A stretch of DNA of 64,000 bases, from positions 35,650,001 to 35,714,000 of the forward strand of contig OZ286464.1 in the NCBI GenBank assembly GCA_965644265.1, given 5' to 3'. A program made the translations under genes and the position numbers. Under the pieces are notes generated by a model. That model did no database searches. It was not told the origin of the DNA and was given only the letters and a program-made list of their open reading frames with translations. The DNA comes from Glycera tridactyla (lineage: Eukaryota). Position 1 is the stretch's first letter; each line of letters opens with the position of its first letter. Shown here one piece after another: positions 63,300 to 64,000 of this stretch.

Positions 63300-63900
63300 G
63301 GTTGATTGGTTGCACCACCTTGGCTATGTTGAAAGACTCAAAGAGCATCAGTGGGGTATTAGTATCTGCCAAAGATGTTGAGGAAGTTGAGAAAGCATTG
63401 AATGAAGATTTGGTTGAAGTCTCACGCTGGTTCACTGCATACAAACTGACACTTAATTTGAACAAATCTTGTGTGTTGCTTCTGGGTACGAGTCAGCGTC
63501 TCCAGACATGTCGTTCTCTCAACATCACTTTTAATGAACAGCAATTTGTCCAAGAACTGAAATGCAAGAATCTTGGTGTAAGTTTGTCGTTTGTTTGTTT
63601 GTTTGAGTTTAACGTCACTTAAACCCGCTTGAGTTATATCGGACTGAAAATCTGAAAATGCTGAAAAAAAGAGTCATTGCCTGCCGGGGGCCGTCCCTAC
63701 TCTTTGCAAAAGACAGCAGTGGATCTTTAAAGTGCGTGAAGGAAAAGGCTCCTAAATACACGGCCAGCCTTTGATATCCCAGTCCCAGCTTGACATTCAG
63801 TGAACATATCGACTATATCATAAAGATTGTAAACTACAGAAGATGAGATCTCCATCATGTACGCTAGTCCATCAGTAAAAATCTTGCGCTCTTCCTGTAT
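63300..63900 (+). mobile_element. CR1/L2-type LINE reverse transcriptase C-terminal relic
   Basis: LNEDLVEVSRWFTAYKLTLNLNKS...KNLGV, then a SINE-B insertion (~63585-63781), then PSLTFSEHIDYIIK. Confidence 0.7.
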
Positions 63901-64000
63901 TTTAGCCTCATCCATCTGATTTTCTGTTATATGGACTATGTTTATGGAGCATCCTCTAAATATTCAGCATCCAAATTAAAGACATGTCAAAACCTCTGCC

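Noticed and set aside
48200-64000. Third SLC5 copy or other host gene upstream of copy 2
   Set aside because: No SLC5 exon motifs found on either strand; the region is explained by transposon relics.

Overview
Animal (invertebrate-type) intron-rich genomic DNA with six N gaps; nothing prokaryotic and no CRISPR. The main content is a minus-strand tandem pair of SLC5 sodium:solute symporter genes of the SMCT/SMVT/NIS (SLC5A8-like) group. Copy 2 (34079-48077) has 15 exons with canonical GT-AG junctions and a continuous 644-aa frame. Copy 1 (8722-24634) has the same exon structure but has lost its ATG and two splice acceptors, and exon 5 is not visible, so it is a probable young pseudogene or a cryptically rescued variant. 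Both copies have a degenerate ~68-bp tandem array of duplicated 3' splice acceptors in front of the last exon. The rest is transposon-rich: a 5'-truncated but open Penelope-like RT+GIY-YIG element in an (AT)n tract with a hammerhead-like core; a foldback element built from palindromic 21-22-bp repeats with a 6-bp TSD; a decayed Academ-like TIR transposon nested in a larger inverted-repeat complex; a DIRS-like gag relic; I-group (RNase H) and CR1/L2-type LINE relics; about 30 copies of two SINE-like families with a shared 3' end and strong strand bias; HINE/MITE-like elements; and many microsatellites. Most short ORFs in the supplied track are spurious. All alignments and folds were done by eye; no database searches were run.
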